Program-made: the position numbers and the translations under genes
Notes under the pieces: generated by a model
Databases searched by the model: none
Seen by the model: the letters and a program-made list of their open reading frames with translations, nothing else
Told to the model about the DNA's origin: nothing
Shown: positions 39,930-51,020 of the stretch, in pieces
Numbering within the stretch: the first letter of the stretch is position 1
Layout: every line of letters starts with the position of its first letter
From: Raillietiella orientalis
Lineage: Eukaryota
Assembly (NCBI GenBank): GCA_036172245.1
Contig: JAYWIR010000027.1
Location: 2,480,001-2,544,000, forward strand
Direction of reading: 5' to 3'
DNA: 64,000 nucleotides

Positions 39930-40370
39930 CTTGCATCCTCCGCCACCCCCCATCCTCCCCCTTGCAGGAACAGATTTCAACACCAGCGACGACCTCAGCA
40001 GCCCTCTCTGCTTCGAGGCTGCCCGCAGCACCTGAGCGACCTTACCTGCCACCGCACACAGTCCGAGATTCCAGTGACCGCGACCCAACCATGGTCTGCC
40101 ACACCGACCGCGGTCGCCCGGTTCTTCCGCTGGCAAGAGGCCGCCCTCTGGTCCGCCAGCTCGCGCAGCTTCCCCGCTCCGGAGCACGATGCAAGAGGAG
40201 CGACGGTGAAGCCGAGGAACCTGCCCGCCGGTGCGCCTCGACGAGGGTCCCCCAAAAACACTGGGATGACCAGAGCTTACGGGACGAGCTCCGCGGCTAT
40301 CGATCCGCCCTACGGCTGAACCGACCCCGTTCAGCCTCCGCGCCGACCATGAGACGGTCGCAACTTGCGG
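39930..40370 (+). mobile_element. LINE APE endonuclease remnant
   Basis: GTDFN, AAIDPPY (SRIDRxY-like) and ADHETV (SDH-like) in order. Confidence 0.5.
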
Positions 40371-41535
40371 GCGCGCGCACACCTAGCGGGGCGAGTTCGA
40401 ACCCGCCGCCAAGTTTTTGCGATGTTGCCAGCGAGAGCAGCAGCAGCAGCCGCGAGCTAAAAATAACGCGCGCGATCTATTTTTGTCTCCGCCGAGTGCG
40501 CCGGTCGCAGAGCCCCGCCGCGAACTACACGCAGCGCTCCTCGTGTCCGAACAAATGGGGGGTCACTCGCTCAGATGTGTCATCCGGAAGTCCCCCCCTC
40601 TTCTCGCAAGCAGCAGGCACGCCCAAGACCGGAATTCTCACCCACCCCCGACGCGCGTCCTGATCGTTTCTCTCGCTCTTGTCAGCCGTTGTTCCGCGCC
40701 AGCCGGAAGACGAGAAGCGTCCGGCGTGCACAGCGAAACTCACCCGCCTCCGGGGCGGCGACGTCCCTGGGGCCTCGCCCCTCACACCGAAGCGCGGCTC
40801 TCTCGGACGGCTCCGACGAGATGCTCTCACCGACTTCGGCCATTTCTCGAGCGGACCCCCCCCCCCTCTCCTCCCCCAGCGTGCGCGGGCAACTATGATC
40901 CAACGGACGTGGAAGACCCGCTCAGCGCGCGCAACTGCTGCGCTGAGTGCCGTCATGCGCCTAGGTGCGCCACCCACTCGCCAACTGAAGAAGCTGCGCG
41001 TGCTGGTCCGCTCGTGGAGCTTCCCCGGCCAAGGCTGCAGATCCGGGTGCAGATCGCCTCGCACGTGGATGGAAAAACTTGCTCCGCAACACTCGCAGCA
41101 GCGGAGTCGCGTTCGTCGCCTGGACGGCTGCTGAAGAAACAGCACCGCCGCAATGATGCCACCACTGCAAAAGGCTTCACGGATATTCGAAACCGTGGTG
41201 CAGATCCAGTCGCCATGGGCTCGGTCCACGCGAAGACCCGCGTCGGAAATTTAGCCGACTGGCGCATCGTCATTCTTCCCCACAGATTCGAGAGCACGTG
41301 TGCAACACTTCCCATGCTCTGCATATCGCATTGCGCAGAGCCGCGACACCAGAATGGCAAATGCGGGCTTACGACTCCTTGCTGGACACGGCTGGCCTTC
41401 TGTCTTAGCGCCAGCAGCGCAGATTGACCGCAGGCAGCTTCTGCTGCGTCCGTTCCACCTGTTAGAGGGATGAATCTCTGCTGTGGTTCTCTTCATGCAT
41501 GTTTGGCATGCTCTCTCCATGACAACGACGTTTGT

Positions 41536-41975
41536 CACACGGATTTGCCGGGGCATTTATTATTAAAATGTATATAAAAATTTTATGATAAAGTCGTTGA
41601 TTTTCATGTCGTGGTAGAGCACTTGGTTCTACCACGCGCGGAAGACTTGCCTTCAACCGGTACGCAGACCGGTGAGCTCCTCTCTGTTGGCAGCGCGGGA
41701 GAGAATTTAAAAAAAAATGAACAAAAAATCAACAAAAAGGGAGGCAAATGTTTTTCGGGGAGGGAAGTGCAGGGATGGGGTCACCGGTCTCCTGGAGTGG
41801 TCCTCTGCAGGGGTCGTCTCAGTGGTCCTCCTTACTGGATGCTGACAAGTGCTGTACGGATGTTCCGGAGTCGGGGCCATCGGGCGGCGTTCTTCACGAA
41901 GATTGCCGCCCAGTGGATGGCACCCCTGCTGTTTTGGTCTCTTTTTGCGCTCCATCTCGTCACGATTCCGCCTAC
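41536..41975 (-). mobile_element. L1/Tx1-like LINE short 3' copy G
   Basis: ORF2 C-terminus, 3' UTR hairpins, aataaatgccccggcaaatccgtgtg terminus. Confidence 0.8.
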
Positions 41976-42510
41976 GCAACAATGACGTCAATCGCCCGTA
42001 GAGGCATCTTACGACGCTCTTCGAAACTAAACGAAGAGGTTGGTCCAAATGTACGCTCATCACGCGAGTTCCCACCTCCACCACAAACGCCTTCGAAACG
42101 CTCTACACCAATGCGTTACCACCGACCACATTATCCAGAGCTTTTGCGAACAAGGAAGCTGCCACTTCAATATCACGTGCGAAAGCAGTGAAGCTTTTCG
42201 GTGCTCTTTGCTTTCCAGGGAGCTCATCAAGAAGCCTGCAAGCTGGGTAAGTCTCTGATCTTGTCAGTCTGCCTTCGAACAGCTCATTCGGGCCAAAGTT
42301 TGAAGTGACAAAAACGCAGATGCCCAGCCTGGTGGCACAGATGCAAACAGCATGCGCAGTAGCGCGGCATCTGCTACGCCGTTGACTTGTAGCTCGTCCA
42401 CACAGAGCACTTTACGATCTTTTTTTGCCATCCAACTGGCCACTCTTTCCAAAAGATCCGCTTCCGGGACTGTGGCAGCCCTGCTCTGCTGCCAATCGCG
42501 TGGACCTGTC
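41975..42510 (-). pseudogene. AFG1L: Intronless, frameshifted fragment of an AFG1/LACE1 (ZapE)-family ATPase
   Basis: VLCVDELQVNGVADAALLRMLF (Walker B region), then after a frameshift GICVFVTSNFGPNELFEGRL, then SFSFEE...PL.AID; these motifs occur in family order; one in-frame stop. Confidence 0.75.
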
Positions 42511-42529
42511 TGGAAATTCAGAGCTAACT

Positions 42530-43134
42530 TGTAACCCGAACTGCAGCAGTGCGGCGAAAGGGAGTCTCTGCTCGTGGCTCTGTGTGGCCCTCCGCCCCCT
42601 GTGGGAACGCTTTGCCGCGTTCCTGCGGATCCCTGAGGACAACCACAGGAACCTCCTGGAATGCCTCTTCCTGAGCGACGCCAGCACGCCGGTAGCATCC
42701 TAGCAGCACTTTGCCGCCCACGCGGCGGGATCGTGGCTCCATGGAGCAATCCCAGGGAAAGCCAAAACGACAGGGACGCCATCTATTTAGCTGTCCTCAT
42801 CGTGTAGACAGCGTCAAGATGGCCCCATCTGGGAGTCCTGAAACAGGCATCCTTGAGAGGATGCAGAGGAAGTCCTCCAGCACTCGTTGATCCCTTTCCG
42901 GACCCTCCCAATTTTTTGACTGTACGTTTTTGGTTTTATTTTTTTCTTTTTGTTGGTCCCCCCACCCCCTCTGCTAACGAGGCGAACCCGCTGGTCTGCG
43001 TGCCCGTTCCCGGCAGGTTCCTTCTCGTAGATATAAGTAAGGTGGCAGGATCAAACGTCCTGTCACAGACGTGTATGTTTGTTTTGTAAATAGAGTGAGT
43101 TGGCACCCCGGCATGACCGGGTGCCAACTCACTC
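42530..43134 (+). mobile_element. L1/Tx1-like LINE 3' copy H
   Basis: NCSSAAKGSL..LCVALRPLWERF; 3' about 385 bp nearly identical to copy F; terminal hairpin. Confidence 0.8.
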
Positions 43135-43229
43135 CTTGTACCAACCTCCAAGTAAGTGCCCATTGAACCATCTCTTCCTTCTCCCCTACTGCACTCATTG
43201 AGACAAGCTCTTGTCAAAAGAAAAGTGCG

Positions 43230-43480
43230 TACACGTGCGAGCAAACCAGGGAACCTTTGACCTCTTTATATCTGCTTTGTAGATATCTTTGCCGATTCCG
43301 TCCGCTTAGTATCCTCCGAGGACCGGAAAACTTTGGATCCATTTGGCACTTTGACCCTTGCGTGGCTTGACCATGCACACATCCGAAAATATCTAGCTCT
43401 TCTTGAAACGTTTTTGAGCGTTTTCTAGAATATGCTCCATGTTGACTACGAGCTGCATGAGCTGGGATGCACGACCCCAC
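43230..43480 (-). mobile_element. Possible Ty3/Gypsy integrase C-terminal (GPY/F) remnant
   Basis: HILENAQKRFK followed by PKFSGPRRIL...RY resembles AQ.RQK...KL.PKF.GPY.I. Confidence 0.35.
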
Positions 43481-43669
43481 CCGGACGCCGAGGTGCACAC
43501 CCCGCGGTGCATTACGCGATTTTTCAGGAGCTGTTTCCAACAGGTCGCCCGTGTAGGTGGTAAAATTTGGTAAAATTTTACAGTGTTTACCCAAGAAATC
43601 CATTGCTTTCCTGGCAGCTTTTTCTCTCCTTTTTTTTTTTTTCTCTCGGTTTTCCTTTCTTTCGGGCGG

Positions 43670-44240
43670 TCGGGATTGGAAGTCGCGCGGCTGCGGGACT
43701 CCCAATCCCTCGTGGAAGTTCGACGCCGAGCAGAAGGGGGCGCGCCGTGGATTTCGAGTTCCCATCGCGAGATGACGCTCGTTGGCTTCGGACGCGGAGC
43801 CACTGTGGAAGCAGCCGGATGCCCCCGTTGACTGGCCGGGATGGGAAGTTGACTCTTTGGGGTCCTTCCAGGACATCAAGGAGCCCTTCGGGGTTGTTTC
43901 CCTCCGCTTGTGAAAAAGGAGCCTCGCCTTCACGCTAGGGCGACCCTTTATGACGCACCACAGAGCTGGCTGACACCTCCCTGGGGGGGGAGGGGGGGAG
44001 TTGCCTCAGCAGAGTGTTAGGAAATGGGCCACTCCTTCGGGGAACACCCTTCGGAGAGACAGGGAAGCGTCCTTTGGGGGTTCTCTTCCGGGGAAGAGGA
44101 ACCAGAGAGCGGATGCTTTCCGGGTGGTTTCTCTGGAGAAGAAATGAGGACACCCCTCCGGAGGGAACAAGTAAGAGATGATCCCCTTCGCGATTCCCTT
44201 CAGATACAACAAACAGACAAAGGAAGAAGCGAGAGGGACT
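43670..44240 (+). mobile_element. Family 2 copy
   Basis: Core ggatgcccccgttgactggccggga at about 43817; atcaaggagcccttcggggtt shared with 4625. Confidence 0.6.
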
Positions 44241-44264
44241 CCGTCGAGTTTGCAGTTCATTTTA

Positions 44265-44588
44265 TGCAGATGGGGGCCAGATGACCGCACCTGGGACTTG
44301 TACGGACGGACCTAGGAAACGTCGGCATCTTGGAAAGAATGCAGATTCCAAGACAGTGGTTCCTTTCCGACCCTCTCCAAGATTTTTATTTATTTTTATT
44401 GACTCTTTTTTCTTTTTCCTTTTGTTTTCTCCTGTCTCCCTCCGCTGCCGAGGTGACTCCCGCCGGTCAGCGCACCGGGGACCTGGCAGGTCCGTAGAGA
44501 AATGAAGTGTGGTTGAACCACTTGTCCCACCACAACTTGTGAGTTTCTTTTACATTTTAGGGAACCCCTCGGCGTACCCTGGTGGAAA
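44265..44588 (+). mobile_element. L1/Tx1-like LINE very short 3' copy I
   Basis: ORF2 tail, 3' UTR module and terminus cccctcggcgtaccctggtggaaa. Confidence 0.75.
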
Positions 44589-44589
44589 T

Positions 44590-45485
44590 GAGGAACTTGC
44601 CGCAGGGCTGCCACCCTGAGAGAGGCGAATGGCAGCAGCCCTCCAGCGAGGTGGAGGTTCTCCTTAGAGAACACAGGCAGGAGAAAGAAAAGGAGCCGTT
44701 GGTCCACGGTGCAGCTAACCGACGCTGCGATTCCAAGTGCTCTTCCACGTGGAATTGTGTGCTGGGGCGAGATGCTCGTCATTCTCAGCGAAGACATGAA
44801 TTGGCTCCCGGCAATCAAGAACAGCAGCGCCCTCACCCTGGCGTGGAGGGAGTCGGCATTTCTGCTGCTGAACTGGGGTATCCCGTGCAACGCGGTTCAG
44901 CACCCTTGGACGCTGGGTAGGGCGTGTACGAACAAACCCGGGAGGCTGTGTGCCCAAACTGTTGCAGGTATGAGGAACGGGAGTCTTCCCGCACCTGCAT
45001 GTGGACCGTGTTGCCCTCCACGTTCCTGTGAGAACCCTACGGACCCCGGTTGACAACCTCAGGGACGTTATACAGCTCCTCTTCACGCGGGACGCCCTGC
45101 AGCCAGCCTCAGCTCCAGTGGCTCTTTACTGCATCCGCGGGATTGTGGCGGCCTGGAGCGACGCACAAGGAGGACCTACGAGAGGGACGCCATCGAGGGT
45201 CACTTCGCTTTCTGCGGATGGCAGCAAGATGGCCTTTCTCGGGATGGACCTAGCACCGGCATCCTGGAAAGGATGCAGAGGACTCTCTCCCGAGGGCAGT
45301 AATCCCTTCCCGGTTCTCCATAGTGTTTCTATTTATTTTTCCTTTTGTTTTCCCCTTTCCCTCCGCCGCTGAGTCGCCGGTCCACTGACCGGAGACCCTG
45401 CAGGTCCATGGACAAACGGAGCGACAAATACAATTTGCGAGTTTCTTTTCGATTTTAAGAAACGCCCTGGCGCGTCCGGGTGGAA
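44590..45485 (+). mobile_element. L1/Tx1-like LINE 3' copy J (head-to-tail after copy I)
   Basis: QLTDAAIPSALPRG...LLLNWGIPCNA; terminus gccctggcgcgtccgggtggaaa. Confidence 0.8.
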
Positions 45486-46105
45486 ATCGGAGACGAACAG
45501 GGCGGAGGGCGCCCTCCCAAGAGTAAGAGAGGAACAGACTCCTTCCTCCGGAGCATTCCTGGATTCATGGTGTGGTCCCTCCGTGGTCACTCCCTATTAC
45601 CTGAAGCATCAAACGTCCCCTCGGGTGACGTGGACAGTCTTTAAAGAGCCTTGTGAAGACGGAGCACCTTACATGATTACCACTGAAGGCTGAATTTCTT
45701 TGATGCTTATTTTACTTGATGCAGGTGGATCTGAAGCAGGGTGCCAGGCATTCATGATGCCTGTCTCAAGCGTTGGAACGGCTCTGCAAAGCATGGACCA
45801 TGGCGTTTTGCGGATGCGCCCAGAACGAAGCTTGCCTCTGGAAACCGCCGCACGCCAGCCAGATGTAGTCTTCAGCTGATCACACGGAGCATGCGGACAA
45901 GATAGCTTTGTTCCCGGTATCTGGAGGTGATGGAAATCCCACATGCGCACTCGGGAGTTCTTGCTTCCGCCGTTTGCAGAGAGCAAAGATATGGCACCAA
46001 GAATAGCCGAACCCCTTGGAATTCGAATGCTTCTTCATAATGCTCAAGACAAAGAAACGCCCTATGAACTTACCGTGCACAGTTGAGCCCACTGAGCGAG
46101 ACTGA

Positions 46106-47130
46106 TGATCCATATTTGCCGGTGCATTTATTATAAAAACAATAAAAGTACAGTAAATTTGTCATGTGGTGAAACTGCTGCTTCACCGCGTCCGTCCGAC
46201 TTGCCGGTCACCGGCACGGAGACCGGTGAGGTCCGCTCCGGAGGCAAAGAGAGAGGAAAACCGCAAAAAACAAAAAAGAGAAAATAAAGGAAGGGGGATG
46301 TTTCCCAGAGAGGGGAGGACGGGAAAGGGATCACTATACGCCGGGAGGCGTCTCCTGCATCCTCTCCAGGATGCTGACAAGTGGGGTTCTTGTGTTGCCC
46401 AGGTGAGGCCATTTGCAGGCGGTCTTCAAAAAGATCCGCGCGCAGTGGATGGCGTCTTTGCCATTCTGGCCTCTTCTTGTCGCGTTCCAGTCTTCCACGA
46501 TTCCGCGGATGCGGCAGAGAGCCGCTAGGGACGCGTCTGGTGGCAGCGCGGCACGCACGAAGAGGCGCCAGAAAATGTCCCCGGGACCGCCCACCGGGAT
46601 TATTAGGGCCGATCTCAAAGTGGTCGGAAGGCGGTACAGCCCAGCAGAAGGTGCTGGGAGGTCTCCTTCTTGCTGCACCTCTCGCAAGGGGCATGCAAAC
46701 TTCCCCGTGTCCAATGATGGAGGCGTGCTTTGCATGCCTCCAATGCAACACCCACAACGCCAACTCTTGCCACTCAAGGGGAAGGGTGCCACTGTCCCAA
46801 CAAGCTGGAAGTTACTTCACCTCCTCCGGAGGTACCACGAGCAGCTCGCCTCAGCTCAGAAATCATTTTGGCGGGACACTCGGGGTCATAGCGTCCGTCA
46901 ACTCCCGGGTTGTCCACGCACTTGACAGTTTCTTCCTTCCTGCAATGTGGTAAGACACTTCCCACCTTGCTGGAAGGTCACTGTCCCTTGTTTCCTTCAA
47001 AGAGGGCAGCACTGGGACAAGGGGGTGGACGATGCCATGGGTTCCTCATGATCTCCTTCAGCGGCTGTCGAGCGTGCCTCCCTTCCCGGAGGCAGGCGCA
47101 TTCCGCCTCGCTCGAGCCTTGGCTCTTTCC
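46106..47130 (-). mobile_element. L1/Tx1-like LINE 3' copy K
   Basis: CERCSKKETSQHLL zinc-knuckle region; DIFWRLFVRAALPPDASLAALCRIRGIV; 3' UTR module. Confidence 0.8.
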
Positions 47131-47769
47131 CGGTGCGGAAACTTTGCTCTATGAAGGAAGACACTTTTTTCCTATATATAATAAGACAATTTTTTGGAAA
47201 TTATTTTACAAAAGCTGCCATATTGTGTATACAAAAAAATTAACATTTGTATATAAACAGATGAACGCCTGGACGTGACTGGGTGAAAAATCTCCAGCTC
47301 GTACTCACAAACAATCGGAACCCTAAGGAGATGACTGGAGGAGATTCAGGTAAGTGATGCACACTGTGCCGCTCTGTGGTTGTAGTTTTGTTCGCTCGAA
47401 TGGCAGGATTTTTTGGACTCAACGCGAATTCACCCCACCGCAACCCCGTCCGGGGCGTCCACAGGACTCCCGAAAAAGCGTTCAGAGCGTGGGAGTGGGG
47501 CCTACGAATTGGGTGGCCATATCAAGGCAGCTCAATATTCAGGCGAGATATCAAGGTCGGACCCGCGTAGTCAGTTTGGTTCATCCCTTGGATTTGGGAT
47601 CGGTCGATCTACTTCTCGTTCGGGTGCTGGACAGTGGGCATTTGCCGCACTGCAGAGAATTCATTACCGGCCCTTTGATCACGGGAAGGACAGGAAAATT
47701 TTCGTCGCGTATTCGGGGCTCCTCACGCTCATTGCACGCGCCAATTTCTACTTTCAACGACTGGATTGA

Positions 47770-48870
47770 CACCCGGTTGCGCCGATGCTTTTATTTATAA
47801 AATAAGCATAACAGGACACTTAGTCCAGTCACGTTACAGATATGCACAAAAAGGAGCCTACCGAGAACCGGTGCGCATGTTTTCGCCTCGGTAGCAGAGG
47901 GGGTGGGGAGACAAACAAAAGAAAAAAATAAAACCAAAATATACAGTCAAAAAATTGGGAGGGTCCGGAAAGGGATTAAAGAGTGCTGGAGGACTTCCTC
48001 TGCATCCTCGTAAGGATGCCTGCACGTTCCTGTTTCAGGACTCCCAGGTGGGACCATCTTGATGCTGTCTACACGAGGAGGACAGAGAAATAGATGGCGC
48101 CCCTGTCGTTTTGGCCTCCTCTGGCGTTTCTCCATGCAGCCACGATCCCGCGTAGGCAGCAAAGTGCTTCTAGGATGCTACCGGCGTGCTGGCGTCGCTA
48201 CGAAAAGAACGTGGTCGACTAGTTCCGTCCGTGTCTCGCTCAGGTGGAGCCACCTCGCAGCGGGCCTCAGGAAGATTCCTGACCGGTGCCCAATGGCTAT
48301 CTTATCATCCCGGCCTCTTCTGGCCGCTGTTCAGACAGCCGCGATCCCGGCGAAGGCAGTGGGGAAACAGCGAGGAACGAGACTGGCGGCAAGGCGGCAC
48401 GCTCGATGACCTTGAGTTTCCAAATGTCCCCGGGGTAGCCAACTGGGATTCCAAGGGTCCTCTCCGGACGATCCCAGAATGGACTGGAGGGCAGCACAAC
48501 CTAGAGGCAGATGCAGGAGGGTCTCTTCTTTCCTGCGTCCACACTCCCCCGGTCCAGTGGCGAAGGCGTGCTTTACATTGGGCCATCCCCAGACGCAAGG
48601 TCAGCAGCGCCAGCACCTGCCACCACAGGGGAGGGTGTAGTTGTCCGTGAAGATAACGGGCAGCGCCAGATCTCCTGGAGGGGATTCGAGCAGCCGGACC
48701 CCTGACCTCCTGCAGCGACCAACGACCGTAGACGTCGCGTTGCAGACGGAAGAACTCCACTTCGCTCTCGACGCGGGTCCTCCCCCACATGCCAACGGAC
48801 TCCTAAAGCCAGATAGTATCGTCGCCGGACGATTCCAAAGGGGCCGGAGGGTAAAAGCAGGCGCGAAGGG
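47770..48870 (-). mobile_element. Composite of LINE pieces: 3' copy M (47770-48260), a second zf-RVT piece (48270-48640) and an RT fragment (48650-48870)
   Basis: 3' UTR related to copies F/H; NATSTVV..RSGVR resembles the RT region before QGCPLS. Confidence 0.7.
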
Positions 48871-49199
48871 CTGATTTGTTGGTGGTGATGCAAATCGTCA
48901 AAAAATGCCTAATTACACCGTCCAATTATTTTGGCTTCATGCGGTTGCCTTTGCGGATGACGAAAGCTTGACTGCTGTTTGGGCAGGTGGTGCGGAGTGG
49001 CTTTCCGAGGGGACTGCGCGCCTGCTTGCTTGGGGCTTGGGCCGCCAGTGCAGTAGGGTGACGACGAAGATAGATCCTGCACAGGACCTCTTGCGAACGT
49101 CGAAATATCGAACAGAGCGGCCATACCGTGGAGATTTCAGTAGTTGAAAATCCCGCACGTCCACGTTTCACTACGCAGTCCCTTGAACTTCGTGCCGAG

Positions 49200-50200
49200 G
49201 AGCTCAGCAGATTTTCTTCGTGCCGTGCTCTGGAAGTTCGACCGCGAGACCACTTCTATTCTTCCCCAGGGCATCTTGTCCACGTCGCGGAGATAACCCC
49301 TTTAGCTACGGTGCTGCCCTTCCTGCGAAAGGCACTCACCAGCTGCCGGACGCCAAAGGGGCAAGTCTCCTGCCGAATCTCAGTCAGGGAGAAGAGGAGA
49401 ACCATGGGAGAACTGGCGGATGCCACGACCCCGAGTGCCCTCCCGCGTGGACTTCAGAGATGGGGCGAGCTGCTCGCCATCCCAATGGATAAGCTGAAGT
49501 GGCCCCCGGTATTAAATGGATCGAGGATTCTGCCCCTTAAGTGGCAAGAGTCGGCGCTGCTGCTGTTGCATTGGGGTCTACCCTGCAACGCACGCCGCTT
49601 CCACTGGACGAGGGGAGCTGTGTGCCAGGTGTGGGGAGCGGGAATCGCTCTCCCACCTTCTTGTTGACTGTGCTGCCCTCCGACCCCTGTGGGAACGGTT
49701 CGGGACGACCTTCGTACTCCCAACAGGCAGCGTGCCCAGAGACATTTTCCGGCTACTCTTCGTTCGGGACGCCCTGCAGCCAGCCGCAGCCGTGGAAGCA
49801 CTTTGCTGCATCCGAGGCATCGTGGCGGCTTGGAGTGATGCCCACGACGAAGGAGATGGCCACTACGAGAGGGACGTCATCCCATATGCTCTTCGCTTCC
49901 TGGTGAGAGCTGCCGGATGGCCCCAGCTGGGCGGAATGCTGATGGACCTCAAGGGCATCCTGCGAAGGATGGGCCCACCTCAAAGTGGACAGTGATCCCT
50001 TCCCCTCCCTCCAAACTTTTTTTTTTTTTTCATATTATTTTATTTTTTCTTTTTGTTTTTTCCCCCATCCCCTTCTACTGCCGAGGAGAGTCACGCCGGG
50101 CTGCGTCCCGGCAGGTCCGGTGTTATTGGCCGTTAGTGGGGCCTGGTACCACGCTCTGCAGAGTTTATTTTAATAAACGCCCCGGGCGTATCCGGGTGGT
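49200..50200 (+). mobile_element. L1/Tx1-like LINE 3' copy P
   Basis: CARCGERESLSHLLVDC intact; aataaacgccccgggcgtatccgggtg terminus. Confidence 0.85.
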
Positions 50201-50421
50201 AACCACGTCTCCCTGTGAACTGTGCAGGTGGGATGCGACCGCTAAATTGTCAAGTGTTTCGAGAGCCGTGAAGGTGGAACCTCCGCGCTCTCCTGCGACA
50301 ATCGTGTGATGGGTCGGCGGTGGCGGGGCAGGACTCGCCTCTCCCGTCTGTCGGGAAGAACTCGCACGAAATCACCGAATCGCCTTCGGGATTCTTCCAT
50401 TGATCTCCCTAGGTGGCTTGT

Positions 50422-51020
50422 CACCCGGATTCTCTGAAACATTCATCATAAAAGTTTATAATAAAGTCGTTATTTTTTTACAATATCGTGGTGGAACATG
50501 TGGTTCTACCACGCGCGAAAGACTCGCCAAAACCGGTACGCAGACCAGTGAGGTCCTCTCCATCGGCGAAGGGGGAGGGAAAATCACAAAAAAAAAAAAC
50601 AAATGAGAGGAAAAAGAGTGAGGAGGGAATGTTTTTTGGGTAGGGTAGGATGGAGGAGGGGATCACTTTTCGCAGTGAGACGTCTTCTGCATCCTGTTTA
50701 GGATGCTGAAAGTTCTGCATTCTTTTGTTGAAGTTCAAGTCATCAGGAAGCTGTCTTCAAGAAGATATGTCCAATGGATGGCATCTCTGCTATTTTGGCC
50801 TCTTTTTGCCACGATTCCGCGTACACAGCAGAAAACTGCTAGAGATGCGGCTGGAGGCAGGGCGTCACTCATGAAGAGTCGCTGCAAAATCTTTTAGGGT
50901 CGTCTACCGGAATTTTTAGGATCAACCAGAGTCAATCCCAGAGGGCTCGGAGGTCGATACAGTCCATTCATAAGTGCGGGAAGGTCTCCTTCTGGCCGCA
51001 CCGATCACAATTGGCATCCA
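50422..51020 (-). mobile_element. L1/Tx1-like LINE 3' copy Q (subfamily similar to A, C, G)
   Basis: NCDRCGQKETFPHL; 3' UTR module; ends ...atccgggtga. Confidence 0.8.

Noticed and set aside
39137..40663. 508-aa ORF and the many other long GC-rich ORFs (e.g. 8197-9129, 21044-22009, 40417-41427)
   Set aside because: Pro/Arg/Ser-rich shadow frames across decayed repeats; recognisable motifs lie in other, frameshifted frames
47470..47540. Myb/SANT-like peptide (VQSVG..NWVAISRQL); also PWSEEEQ near 15055
   Set aside because: Too short, with no splice or ORF context
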